Shown here: positions 24,705-36,386 of the stretch, piece after piece | How the letters are laid out: the number at the start of each line of letters is the position of its first letter | How positions within the stretch are numbered: the first letter of the stretch is position 1 | Notes under the pieces: model-generated | What the model was told of the DNA's origin: nothing | Database searches by the model: none | The model's input: only the letters and a program-made list of their open reading frames with translations | Translations under genes and position numbers: made by a program | Assembly (NCBI RefSeq): GCF_032191835.1 | Contig: NC_083243.1 | Coordinates: forward strand, 28,396,001 to 28,460,000 | Direction of reading: 5' to 3' | DNA length: 64,000 nucleotides | Origin: Heteronotia binoei | Lineage: Eukaryota

Positions 24705-27700
24705 TAGGCACTTTATGCTAACTTCTACCCTGAAAATTCTTGGATGAGAGTTATGCTGCAGATTCTTTTGATTTATTTAATATGTTCATAACAGTATTTA
24801 AAATATATTTGGGTATTTTACTATAAATCTATTCTGAAGAGTTTTTAAACTGTTTATACTGGTTTTATTATGACTTGTGTAGGTGACAAAAAAAAAGGAA
24901 ATTGGTGAAATTCTAAAGCAATACTTGACCAACAGTATTCAAGATCTGTGTGTGCTGTTACAAGGCATTTCAGCATCTGTTCTCCCCCTGCCCTCAAGAT
25001 AGAAGTTTTGTATCGTAAGCAAAGATGAGAGACCGTTTGGTGTAGTGGTTAAGTGTGTGGACTCTTACTTGTGAGAACCGGGTTTGATTCCCCACTCCTC
25101 CACTTGCAGCTGCTGGAATGGCCTTGGGTCAGCCATATCTTTCACAGAGTTTTCCTTGAAAGGGCAGCTTCTGTGAGAGTTCTCTCATTCTCACCTACCT
25201 CACAGGGTGTTTGTTGTAGGGGAAGAAGATAAAGGAGATTGTAAGCCTCTCTGAGACTGATTCAGAGAGAAGGGCGGGGTATAAATCTACAGTCTTCTTC
25301 AAAGTACCTGCTTAGCTGATAGTAGAACGCAGTTCCCTTAGCAAATCGGTTCCAGCTGATTCAGGCTGTAGCATTTGCTTGTAGATGTTATGAATGCATG
25401 TACATCAGTGCCTGAAAAACAGGCACCTAAGCCACATTGGGCTTTGCTTATAGACAAACCCGGTGTTTTCACAGTCTACATAGAAAGGGTTCTAACCCTC
25501 ACAATGGTTATGCTCAGAAATCTGGAGGAAATGAGAAGCTGTTTGTGGAAAAAAATCAACTGTCATAAAAGACACAAGAACTTTCAGCTGAAGTAAACAA
25601 TTCCAGGTTTGGAATAACAGGGCAATGAAGAATATATCTAAAATCTTTTTTCTGTCATAATATGCACTACAGAAGAACACTAGAGGATACCTGTGCCAGT
25701 GATCGGACTTTCTGTGATTATAGTAGCCATACCTAACGTGGCATTTAAAATGAGGGACAGCTTCCAAAACCTGAATGGGGAACAGGTAAACAGTTCTGTG
25801 TGCCTTAAATTCCCTTTGTCTCATTAACTGTACTTCTGCTTAATGATCTTAAGCAGACAATTGGTCCTGTTCAGACAGAATGCAAAACCATTGTTTAATT
25901 AAACTCTGGTCAGGGGATTGTCCTTACTTGAAGCCATGATTTTGCTTTATATTCAAACCAATATCTTAAGTTAAATATATACTACCATGCAGGTCTTTCT
26001 ATACTCAAATACTGAAAGGAATATAAGAACACACCAGTATTGGCAGGAGCTAGTAACACCATACTTTACGCATCTGTTGTGCAGTACATAGCCTTGCCAG
26101 ACTAAAAGCCTAAAAACAGAAAGGTGAGCTTGCCTAGATCAAGCCAATGCCTCGTGCATATAACTGAATTAGTGTTTAAGATCATGCACCTAACATTTAA
26201 CTTAGACAAGCTTGTGCCACCATTCACACTGCAAAGATAATCAAATGCCATGATTTCCAGAGATGAATTTTTCAAGTTGGGGGGTGGGCATTACATAGAA
26301 CCACCAAATCTGTTGTAAAACTAAAGACTACATAGATTGCAGGTATATTTTTGTTTTTAATATTTCTCAGCAGTTTCATTTCAGAATATCCTTTATTTTA
26401 TCAGAACATTGTCCAGAAACAATGCAACATATCTGCTAATCAATTCATTCTGGGAAGATTGTATCAACTAAGTAGACAATGCAACTTATAAGGAACATCT
26501 CTCTCATTTACCAAGCGATTTAAATAGCCTTTAGAGGTTCTGGTTATTACTCTAAACACATTCAGCCTAACAAAATAGATAATGCATTGTATTTCAACAT
26601 TTAAATTTGAAAAATACAAGCTGAAGAGTTTCAAAGCATTCTTCAGGAAACTGTCATTTTATGTTCAGAGGTGTATTACTCGTGCCTTCAGAGGAAATGA
26701 ATTAAGTGGTTTAATACAGTCCTGTGAGTTCACCATAAATGGGCATGAATAAAATAGCCACATCTTAAAACCCTTGAATCTCTCAGATTTGGGGCCAGAG
26801 ACCTGCTTGTGAGGATGGGAGAGGGGTACAAATCAAAAAATATTTTATCGTTTTCTGAAAGCACTTCAATAGAATCTTGAGTTGTACTTTTATCTTTTAA
26901 ATTTAAGATAGCATAAGTAGTAACAGCTGTGCGTTTTCTAATTTCATTTACATATGCTAGTGTTTCTGTATTGCTGTGATTCTTTTATATTTAATCATTT
27001 GCACTCTCCCTCTCTTTGGGTGTGAGGAGTAGGTGGGACCAGAGCCCTTTTCCAGGGCAGTTTTTCTCTCCTAGCCTGTTCCTGCCTATACTCAAGATAA
27101 CGCATAGATCCATCCTTAGCAGGTCAACTCAGAATCCTGTTCAGGTCTGTTCAATCAGCCTGACTTCCAAGAGAGCATGGGACCTTATCAAATGTATTAG
27201 TCACCTTGCTAGAGAAGCCTGTACTTAAAGCAATTAGATTTGAGACTTAGGATCAAGCTGAGAGATCCATGATTGGATCTTCCCAGATTTCAAGAAACAA
27301 ATAAATCGCAGCCACACTCTGCTTGGTTCAGATTGGAGCTGTGCAGACAGGAGAGAGGTTTCATCCTTCCACATCTAACCCTGACCAAACCAAATCCCTT
27401 TTATACTGTTACAGAATATTGTGGAAGAGTAGGAAGTCTTTCCACAATAAGAAGTCTAAGACCAGGGTGGTTTTGTTCAGTGAAGCCACGAGGCCGAAAG
27501 AATTAAAGCCGTCTGTACGTTCAGGTACGATCTGACTCAGGACAGCAATATACTTTGCAAAACTGGGCAGAGAATTCAATAACGCCTCTCCCAGTGTTTT
27601 GGCTAGTTTTTTACTTGTAAATACAGCACACATTAGCATTAAGACAAAGGAGATGAAAGGTCTATGAAAAATTGTGAATGAATGAAAAATTGTGCAGACT

Positions 27701-30509
27701 GATGTGGGAGCTGGGCCAAAATCGACAGCTTTACAGGATCCTGGTAGAATTGTTGCCTTTATGTGTCACTTGATCCTCATGGTGTGAGCAGTTGTAATAC
27801 AAACCCCTGGTGGTTCTAAAGGTCAGCAGAGAGCAAACTAGTAATTCTGCCTCCTCTGCCATGTCTCCATCATAACTGTCCTTGGCTTGAGACCTTTGGT
27901 GCCTTACGAACCCAATATTCTATACTACTACAGTGTTAAACAATTAAAATGCAACATCAGTGGAATTAATATAGGAACAGTGGGGAAGGTTTTCAAGAAA
28001 AGCCAGTTCTTGACTAGTTAGTGGAAAATACACAGAGCTTCAGAGTCAGATAAGTTCAGGGCTTGCACTTTTAAAATATTGTAAGTAGCAAAATATACAG
28101 CTGACACCGGCATCCTAAAACAGGGGTGTTGTAAAGAGAGATAATGCCATTCCACACCTTTAGTTTCATTCAACACACAATATTCCACTGAGCATCTGTT
28201 TGTTCTCTAGTTCTGCACAGAGCTACACACAACTAAACGGCTAAATAAGCCTACACCAGAATGGAGCAGACTGGAAATCTTTTAAATTGAAGGCATACTG
28301 ACTCTTCCGTTTTATGCTCACAACCACCTTGCGAAGTAGGTCACACAGAGGCAGAGCATGACTGTCCTGACGTCACATGGCAAGCTTCATGACCAGGTGG
28401 GGATTTCAACCCATCTCTCCCGGACCTTAAACATCCTTATCCATACATCATACTGGTTCTCCATTGAAGAGCCGAGTAAGGGTGATTCTGAAACAAATGG
28501 TTTTGGGGGAGGGGAGGCTGTGCAGAAGGTCCCAGGTTTAATCCCCAGCATCTCAATTCAAAATAGTATCAGGTAGTAGGTGATGTGAAACACCTTGACC
28601 CTAAGACCCTGCTTGGGGGTGGAGCCTAAGAAAGGCAGGGTTTGGGGAGGGAGGGACCTCAGTGGGATATAATGCCATACACTCCGGCAAACAAACAAAA
28701 TGGTCACTTTCTGGAAACTGTCAGCAGCAGATGAGCAACAGCTGCAGCCAATCAGCACCCCCCAGCCTGTTGCTAGGCAACAGAAGATACCAAATGTTTT
28801 CATCCTCAGGCACGGCAGAGGGAGAAGTAACCAAAGCAGCAGCCGGGCGTTTAATCTGAGTGGCAGTCAAGAGGATGATAATCCAAGAAGGCTCTGGGTG
28901 AGCAAATGGCTGCTATCAAAAGTAAGGGAGACCTCTCCTGGCCACAGGGGAGGGGAGGGAGGTCACCAAAGAATGTGTGTAAATGATGATTTTCACTGTT
29001 TATTGTTTGCAGAAAGGAGGGAGACTGCTGCAGGGACTCAGGAAGCAGAAGAATCCCACCCCCTCGAATTCCTGGCAAGGGGTTCCTGTCAAACCATTGA
29101 TCGGGAGTGGCCCAGAATCACCTGACAAAATCAATACCTCCACAGAACCCAGCCCCCAACATGGCACCTACTCCTGAAAATTCCCACTCCCTGTCCATTT
29201 AAAAAAAAACAAAGTTACTGTTATTGGGTCTCCTGTAAATGTTTTCTTCTGTTTTGAGAACTGTCATCTTCCAGGAACTGTTTTGTGTAAACACTTTTGT
29301 TTGGCCAAAAATTCAACTAGAGTTTAAATGTGCTTGAATTAAGGTTGCCAGAAACTTGCAGGGAGGGAACATTTCCCCACCTTTGCTTCCCACCCCTCCC
29401 CGGGAGTCTATGCAGGCTCCTTCCTGCTCTCCTTTCTCTCTCCTCCTGCCAGCCCATCCCAGCCCACCTTTGCCGTGCTTTGGATGCTCCCTGGTGAATG
29501 CCTGGAGGAGCAAAGCCAGGCCAAACAGCAGCGGGAGCCACATCTCATCCTGAGGCAGCAAGAAGAGCTCAGGAGTGCCAATTCTTTGCATCAGGCAAGG
29601 AGACAGTGCAAGAGCCTCCTCCCCTCCCTTCCCAGATGAGGTGAAGGCCAGTGGGCATCAGGTCAAGGAGGGTGAGGCAAGCCACACCTCCGGGAGGCCA
29701 CAGCAAGGACCCAGCAAGGGCATCCTGTTGGCTGCGGGAGGGAACTGGCTGCTGTGGCAGCAGCTTGTGCTGTCCTGAAAGGCAATGAAGGGACTCAGCA
29801 GTGGCTTCTGAGACATCCAGGAGGCTGAGAGGAGGTAAGTGTGTTGTCAGACAATAGTTTTCATTTTTTTTTAACTTTTCAGATTTTTCTGCAAACCTGG
29901 GGAGTCCCAAGTCTCCAGAAAACTCTGTTTTCACCTCCATGCCTCCCCATCCCTCAATTCATGGATTTAGATATCCGCACAGACAGGGCATTTTGGCTAT
30001 TCGATATATTAACATATATTAGATATGCTAAAATACTCTTTTCCAACAAAGAATGCTTTTAGAAAAAAACAAAGCCATTACAGAAGCAAGACATTTGCTT
30101 CCAGCCCTCATTTTGCTGCTCAACGCTGCCAGCATTTTCAAACAAGTTTTAGCTGTGCAAAGGAACAACACTGGTAACAGAACCATCATTTTCAAACAGC
30201 AGAACCACTAGAACAGAGCAGACCCAGGCCACCAGAAGCCTCAGTTATTTGCCCTCGTCCATGAGACAAATTAATGGATGTCATCCATGAGGAATTATCT
30301 ATGAGATTTGTTATTCTGTCCTCAGTTATGCATTTGCCAGTCCTCTCCAACCAGTACACTGTTATATCACAGAAATTTAATCAGTTACACTTCTGAATTG
30401 TCAGGCTTTTTATATAGGAGTAGCTCTCTTCACTGGAGTCTCAAATGGATGAGCTACTACCATGGCATTACTGAGAAAGTAGTTTTCAAGATCAGCATTG
30501 CTGGGGTTC

Positions 30510-30940
30510 TTAAGTTCCACATTTTTTGTGAATAGAAGAGTCTTCATTTTCTTCCAGCTGCTCTTGGTATTTTTCATTATGACTGTTTTCTTCAAGCAAT
30601 GACAGGTCAGGGTTTTGACTAGATCCTTCAGACACAAGACAGTTACAGAATTCAGGACCCCTTGGTCTACTTGCTGTATTCCAAGAGGTGTTTGCATCCA
30701 TGGGTTTTTCTTGCAAATCTTCTGCATTGACAGATGGTTGCATTTCATCACATGAGAACAGGCAGCTTGGACAATGATCCAGACCCAATGTTTTTGAAAG
30801 CTGCAGGTTTTCAAGCCCCATATTCATGGGCTGACAGGGCAAATCTGGATTTTCACAATCCATTGCAACTTCTAATTCAAGCGATTCATGCTGTTCCTTT
30901 GCCAATCTTCTACAGCAGCTATTTGCTGCAGAGCTCTCTT
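30510..30940 (-). CDS. ZNF839: ZNF839 terminal exon 8 (EESSAANSCCRRLAKEQHESLELEVAM...SSIHKKCGT*); spliced CDS about 2559 nt = 852 aa
   Basis: TTTCTTTCCAG acceptor in phase 1, matching exon 7; open through ORF 30510-30905. The sequence is poorly conserved, so the call rests on phase and position. Confidence 0.7.
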
Positions 30941-32823
30941 CTGGAAAGAAATATTAATTCAGTTTTAATTTTACATACATCTTCCTACTTAAACAGATGG
31001 GGAAATAAATTGTAGTACTTAGACATGTAATTCAACAAGCTATAGACTGTGTGTGTGTGTGTAAAAAGTGCTGTCAAGTCGCACCTGACTTATGGCAACC
31101 CCATATAGCATTTTCAAGGCAAGAGACGTTCAGAGGTAGTTTGCCATGCCTGCCCCTGCATAGCAACTCCTGGACTTCCTTGGTGGTCTCTTCTCATCAA
31201 ACACTTCCTAGGGCTGACCCTGCTTACCTACTGCAGTCTGATGAGATCAGGCTAGCCTGGGCCATCCAAGTCAAGGCAAACACATTTGTTTTAAGGAAGT
31301 TTAATTCTGAACCATAAGTACAGAACACTATTATGGAATTTAACATTTAGACTGGCCACCATCCTATAAACATAAAAGCCAGGCTGTACTGGTGATGACT
31401 CACCTACCCTCCCTTTGACTGAGCCACATGTCACTCATTCCCTCCAGCCCCAGGCCAGACAAGGACAGCCACTGGGGAAGCTGCCTTTGCACTGGCCCAT
31501 CCCACCAGGTCCTCCATTTTCCCTCAGTAGCTGTTACTAGGCAACGTGAAAGCGAAGCTCACAGTCAATTGCTGCAAAAGTTTTTATATTTTCAATCAAT
31601 TTTTAGAGTGCTTTGAAGTGCATGAAATTCATTCTCTTATATATTGTAAAAACAGTCACAATTTACAATATGCAGACCCGAAAAAAATACAACTCACTCA
31701 AAATAAAGCCAAAGCTTCAAAAGTCCCTCAAAGAGCTTATCTGTTCTCAAGAGCACAGCTCAGTCTCAGACCTGGAAGCACATACTCTATGGTATACCAT
31801 AACACAACCATACCAGGCCAAAAAAGAGAGATCACACCACAAGCACACACCAATGCTAAAAGCCGCAAGGCCAAATATGACAGGAAAAGGCAGTAATAAC
31901 ACACTGCAAAAGGAATGCTGAACTTCAGTATCTCCATGATCATTGTCATGGTACGACACCACAGCAAACAGATGCTGAGTGGCCAAGGCCAAGAAACAGG
32001 CTTTCTAGAGCCTGTTGTATTTATTCCCACAACAGGCCTTATTGCTAGTGTAGCTTTAAATGAAAACATGTTGCCTACTGGTACAGCATTTACACTTTCA
32101 AGTGACTTCACTACTGAAAAGTTTTTACCCACAAATGGCAGAAACAGTATTAGTAAACTAGTTTCAGCCCTTGCCATGGGTCTGAGAGTGCTGCATTAGA
32201 TAATCAAACAAAACACAGGCTTAGAAAAGCTTTGGGAACATCCCATCCTTAATTCCCAGTCCATAAAACAGAAAATGGTGACCTGGTGTGCAAGGGCATA
32301 ACCCAAGTTCATCTTCCCTGATTGGGGGGGGGGGGGCATTCTTTCTCTTCCAAGCTTGTTACCCCTCCCAACTTTCTCTATCCCCCACTGCCTCCTCCCA
32401 TCTCTTTCCTTCCTCACCATCATTCTTCACCCTTAAGCCCCCAAGCTGTTCACCACCTTGCTTCTCCTCTTTCCTTGGTTTCCCTTCCAGCACTAAGGAG
32501 GTGGTAAGATTACAACTTGTTGCTGGACTTCCAGAGGAACTGGTTGGCCACTGTGTGCTGGGAGGCAGCCTGCCACCTTCTCTCTTCCATAGCCATTCCC
32601 ATTGATGGAGGGGGGGGGTGAGCTGCTGGGCCTCAGAATGGGCACAGGTTGTGATACAATTATGAATTAATATTAGCAAACGTTATGCAAAGTTCTCTGG
32701 ACAGTCCAATTCCCACCTTGTTACCTATTTTTCCACCTCAGCATCTTTCTACTGAATGGCTACAGTACCCTTTGAAATAAATATCATTTTAGCTAAAGAC
32801 AGTTTCTACAATTCAAATAGTAC

Positions 32824-32938
32824 CTTCATTTGTAGCAGTTGTGTCTTTCATTCCATGGTGACTCGAGTAATCATTTGTGTTCTCCAGCAGGCTTTCCTCT
32901 CTAATCCTTTTAGCAAGTAGCAACATTTCATCAGAACT
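32824..32938 (-). CDS. ZNF839: ZNF839 exon 7 (SSDEMLLLAKRIREESLLENTNDYSSHHGMKDTTATNE)
   Basis: CAG acceptor, G|GTA donor; 115 nt phase 0-1; the KR.R.E pattern resembles ZNF839 exon 7. Confidence 0.8.
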
Positions 32939-33102
32939 CTGTTGATATAAAATTTAAATGAATGGCTGCTGTCAAGCCACATATTTAACCAACACAAGAG
33001 GATCATCACAAATGCACCTTCCTTTACCTTCCTCCCCCCACAACAGACACCCTGTGAGGTGGGTGGGGCTGGAGAGGGCTCTCACAGCAGCTGCCCTTTT
33101 TA

Positions 33103-33320
33103 GGGGAGGGACGGTGGCTCAGTGGTAGAGCATCTGCTTGGTAAGCAGAAGGTCCCAGGTTCAATCCCCGGCATCTCCAACTAAAAAGGGTCCAGGCAAA
33201 TAGGCGTGAAAAACCTTAGCTTGAGACCCTGGAGAGCCGCTGCCAGTCTGAGTAGACAATACTGACTTTGATGGACCGAGGGTCTGATTCAGTATAAGGC
33301 AGCTTCATATGTTCATATAT
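33103..33320 (+). mobile_element. tRNA-headed SINE (also about 9010-9215(-), 19370-19480(-), 28510-28620(+), 62138-62347(+))
   Basis: A-box TGGCTCAGTGG, B-box GGTTCAATCC, and a shared tail GAGTAGACAATACTGACTTTGATGGACC. Confidence 0.8.
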
Positions 33321-33661
33321 GCAGAAATGCCTCTTAAATGCTTCAAAGCTGCAGCATGTCAAAAAGAACTATCCACTGGCATGACACTTAAAAGTATCCG
33401 TATTACCAAATAGTGCAATTTGCTTTGTTACACCAACTGTCATTCATCATTGTGGAACAGTAATCACCTCCCCCCCAAAAAATCACACAATAAGATATGG
33501 TCCAATTTCATACAGAAGTAGAATTACAAAGTGGAACTATGAAGCTAAAACTTTTTATTTTCAACCAATTTGTGGTGCAAAGATACATCTGCAAAACCAA
33601 TCAGAAAGCTCCACAATTTTTTTTGATATTTAGATTAATAGAGCAAAATCCACAGTTGTAC

Positions 33662-33796
33662 CTCAGCTGCTCGTTTCTGTCCTGAAGCCTCCATAAAGAT
33701 ATGCTCACCAAAACTATTAACATGTTCAGAGGAAGAGCCTACTTGAACATTTTGCACTCCAGATAAATTGCAATTTATTCCTAATGATTCAGCAAC
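33662..33796 (-). CDS. ZNF839: ZNF839 exon 6 (VAESLGINCNL...EASGQKRAAE)
   Basis: Starts with VAESLGI; TAG acceptor, GAG|GTAC donor; 135 nt. Confidence 0.92.
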
Positions 33797-34229
33797 CTAC
33801 AAAAAAGAAGAGTTGGTCTCATAAGGAAATATCAGAGGGAAATAACCAAGTGTCACTATAGTAATCACTAAAACATTAAGTTATTTATAATGTTGGGACG
33901 TGTTGCCTACATATTTATTTTACATATCTGTTTTACTTGTATTCTAAATCTAACACAGGCATGTATTTATTTATTTATTATTTTCAATTTATAGCCCACC
34001 CTTTCCCAAATGGGCTCTGAGCAGGTAACAACAGTCAATAATACAAGGTTAAAATCAGATACATATAAAAATATATATATACAATCTAAAAGCAATATAA
34101 CAGTCTAAAAACAAACTCCAGTTCTGCAGTTGGTGTTATCAGTTGCCTCCACTTTGTCCATATATCCCCCAGCTGGCGTAAGATAAATGGGTCAACAGTT
34201 ATTTCATCAGAGTCCCTGCAGCAGGGAGG

Positions 34230-34600
34230 CCACAGAATAACAAAATGTCCACCACCTCAGTTGAACGCCTGGTGCAACAGCTATGTCTTACAGGCCCTGC
34301 GGAACTGCAACAGTCCCTGCAGGGCCCTAATCTCCAATGGGAACTTGTTCCACCAAGTAGGGGCCAGGACAGAGAATGCCCTGGCCCGGGTTGAGGCTAA
34401 CGGGACTTCTTTTGGGCCAGAGATTACCAGCAGATGCTGATCCATGGAGCATAAGGCTCTTGGGGGGGGTGGGGATAAGGGAGGAGGCAGTCTCATAGAT
34501 ACGCTGGTCCCAGGTCGTTCAGGGCTTTGAAGGTCAGAGCCAAAACCTTGAACCAGATCCAGTACTCAGATGGTAACCAGTGCAGCTGGAAGAACACTAG
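34230..34600 (-). mobile_element. L2-type LINE 3' fragment
   Basis: LHWLP...FKVLALTFKALNDLGPAYL and RAFSVLAPTWWN motifs. Confidence 0.85.
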
Positions 34601-35179
34601 TTGAATGTGTGCCCATATAGGTAAGCAAGGTATGGACGACTTCTCAGGCACTTCAAGAATATTTAGCAGACCATAACTAAATGCTGCCTTCAGTTTGAGT
34701 TCAGTCTTCCCAGAATAATCCAAATACCCTTACTGCACTGCATCATTTTTTGGAAAGCACATTTTTTGTGGCGTGAGCAACAGGCAATGTCAGTTTTATT
34801 TAAGATTACAGGCTTGTATATAAATTCATCCTGAAGAACATAATAAAAGCCATGTTGGATCAGGCCAATAGCCCATCCAGTCCAACATTCTGCATCACCC
34901 AGGTGCCTCAGCAGGGCCAGAATTCCTGAACTCCCACTGTTGCCCCTCAAGCACCAGGAATACAGAGCATCACTGCCCTAGACTGCTCTGGCTCAAGAAC
35001 AGGAAGTGAATTCTGTTTCCACCTTTCTACTTCAGACACTAGCACTGCATCCCATGGCATTTCCAGGGGACCCCTGACCCTCAGCAGCTGCTTTCTAAAG
35101 GATGCAGGAACTACAGTGGGAAGGGGAAGGCAGGATAAATTTGGCCAGCAAGAACTGCTAGCAATTCTTTGGATCCAGG

Positions 35180-35399
35180 CCTCAGTAAAAAAGAATATAC
35201 TCCATGCCAGATCAAATGTGAACATTTTATGCCCACCTATCCTTCATTTTTCTTCTTTTCCAGCAAGTTCTGTCTGATTTAACCTACAGACCTCAGTAAA
35301 AAATAATGTACTCCATGCCAGAGCAAATATAAACCCTTTATGCCCACTTATGCTTCATTTTCCTTCTTTTCCAGCAAGTTCTGTCTGATTTAACCTACA
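35180..35399. repeat. 111-bp tandem duplication in ZNF839 intron 5
   Basis: Copies start at 35180 and 35291 (CCTCAGTAAAAAA...TTTAACCTACA); the 3' halves are nearly identical. Confidence 0.9.
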
Positions 35400-35462
35400 T
35401 GCAAATGTTGCTAGGAGGTGCTGGCTAGCAATCAATATCCAAATTCAACAACCCACACTTAC

Positions 35463-35606
35463 CTTGGGATTTTTAATTTCCAGAGGCTCCTTTATCTCAG
35501 GATTACTGAAATACTCTTGGCACATTTTCATCACCATAGCATGAAGTTCTTCAAATTCCCTGTATACATCAGGAAAGAGGATTTTTGCTGGGTCATCTTT
35601 TTTCAC
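35463..35606 (-). CDS. ZNF839: ZNF839 exon 5 (VKKDDPAKILFPDVYREFEELHAMVMKMCQEYFSNPEIKEPLEIKNPK)
   Basis: FP.VY.EFEELH motif; CAG acceptor, AAG|GTAAGT donor; 144 nt. Confidence 0.95.
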
Positions 35607-36386
35607 CTGGTTAAAAAAAAAGATAAAGAGCAGTGTGACAAAGCTACTTCTTTATTCATCTTCCCTCTAAAACAATCATCCTGCTGTTGCATCAGTTTTC
35701 AAAGCTTTCCTTTCAGAAAATGGCATGTTAAACATATTTAAGATTTATAGTTTTTATTTATTTTAACAAACTGGCAAGGAAGGGAATCTATATTTACATA
35801 GGGTTTGGGATTTGGAAATGGTAGACAGACAGTTAAATATAATCACAGAACTGCATCTTATGTCACTGAATACACAAGAGACATTTTTAGACTTAGGCTG
35901 TTTGGCTTTCACTGAAGGTATTACAGACCAGGGATTTTGAACCTAGGCTTCCCAGATAGCAGGCAGATACTGACCATTATACATTGCTGTCTCTCTGTTC
36001 TACCACTCCCTCACAAGAGATGTAGTTATTTTTCTGCAGAAGACTATAGTATTGCAAGTAAACACATAGCCCTCAGTCTATGTCATGGTGCCTCCACATG
36101 TTCTTGTCCAGCACACAAAACATTCAAAAGCTAACAATGCCCAGCCATTTCATATTTTGAACTGGGTCCTAGGGCACAGAGCACTGACCATGAGATTTCT
36201 ATAATGAATGTCAATAAATTAAAGACAGGTTTACAACTTAACAGATACACACATGAACAGCATAGTCAAGACTGCTACACCGCAGACATTATCTCTAAAT
36301 TTTAATGCAATAATTCAGAGCAAGAGGCGTTAGTTATCAGAGATGGTTAAACAAAGTGTTGCAAGCATGCTAATGTTGTAAGCATG

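Noticed and set aside
24705-25030. No AATAAA directly after the CINP stop
   Set aside because: A TATAAA variant at 24822 followed by U/GU-rich sequence is an adequate poly(A) signal; ATTAAA at 25898 and AATAAA at 26748 are alternatives.
31737-32177. 146-aa hydrophobic ORF on the ZNF839 strand in intron 7
   Set aside because: The nearby acceptor is out of phase with exon 7 and there is no ZNF839 similarity; the hydrophobicity follows from T/G-rich composition.
33103-33180. tRNA-like sequence with A and B boxes
   Set aside because: No clean cloverleaf or terminator; it runs into a tail shared with several dispersed copies, so it is a SINE head.
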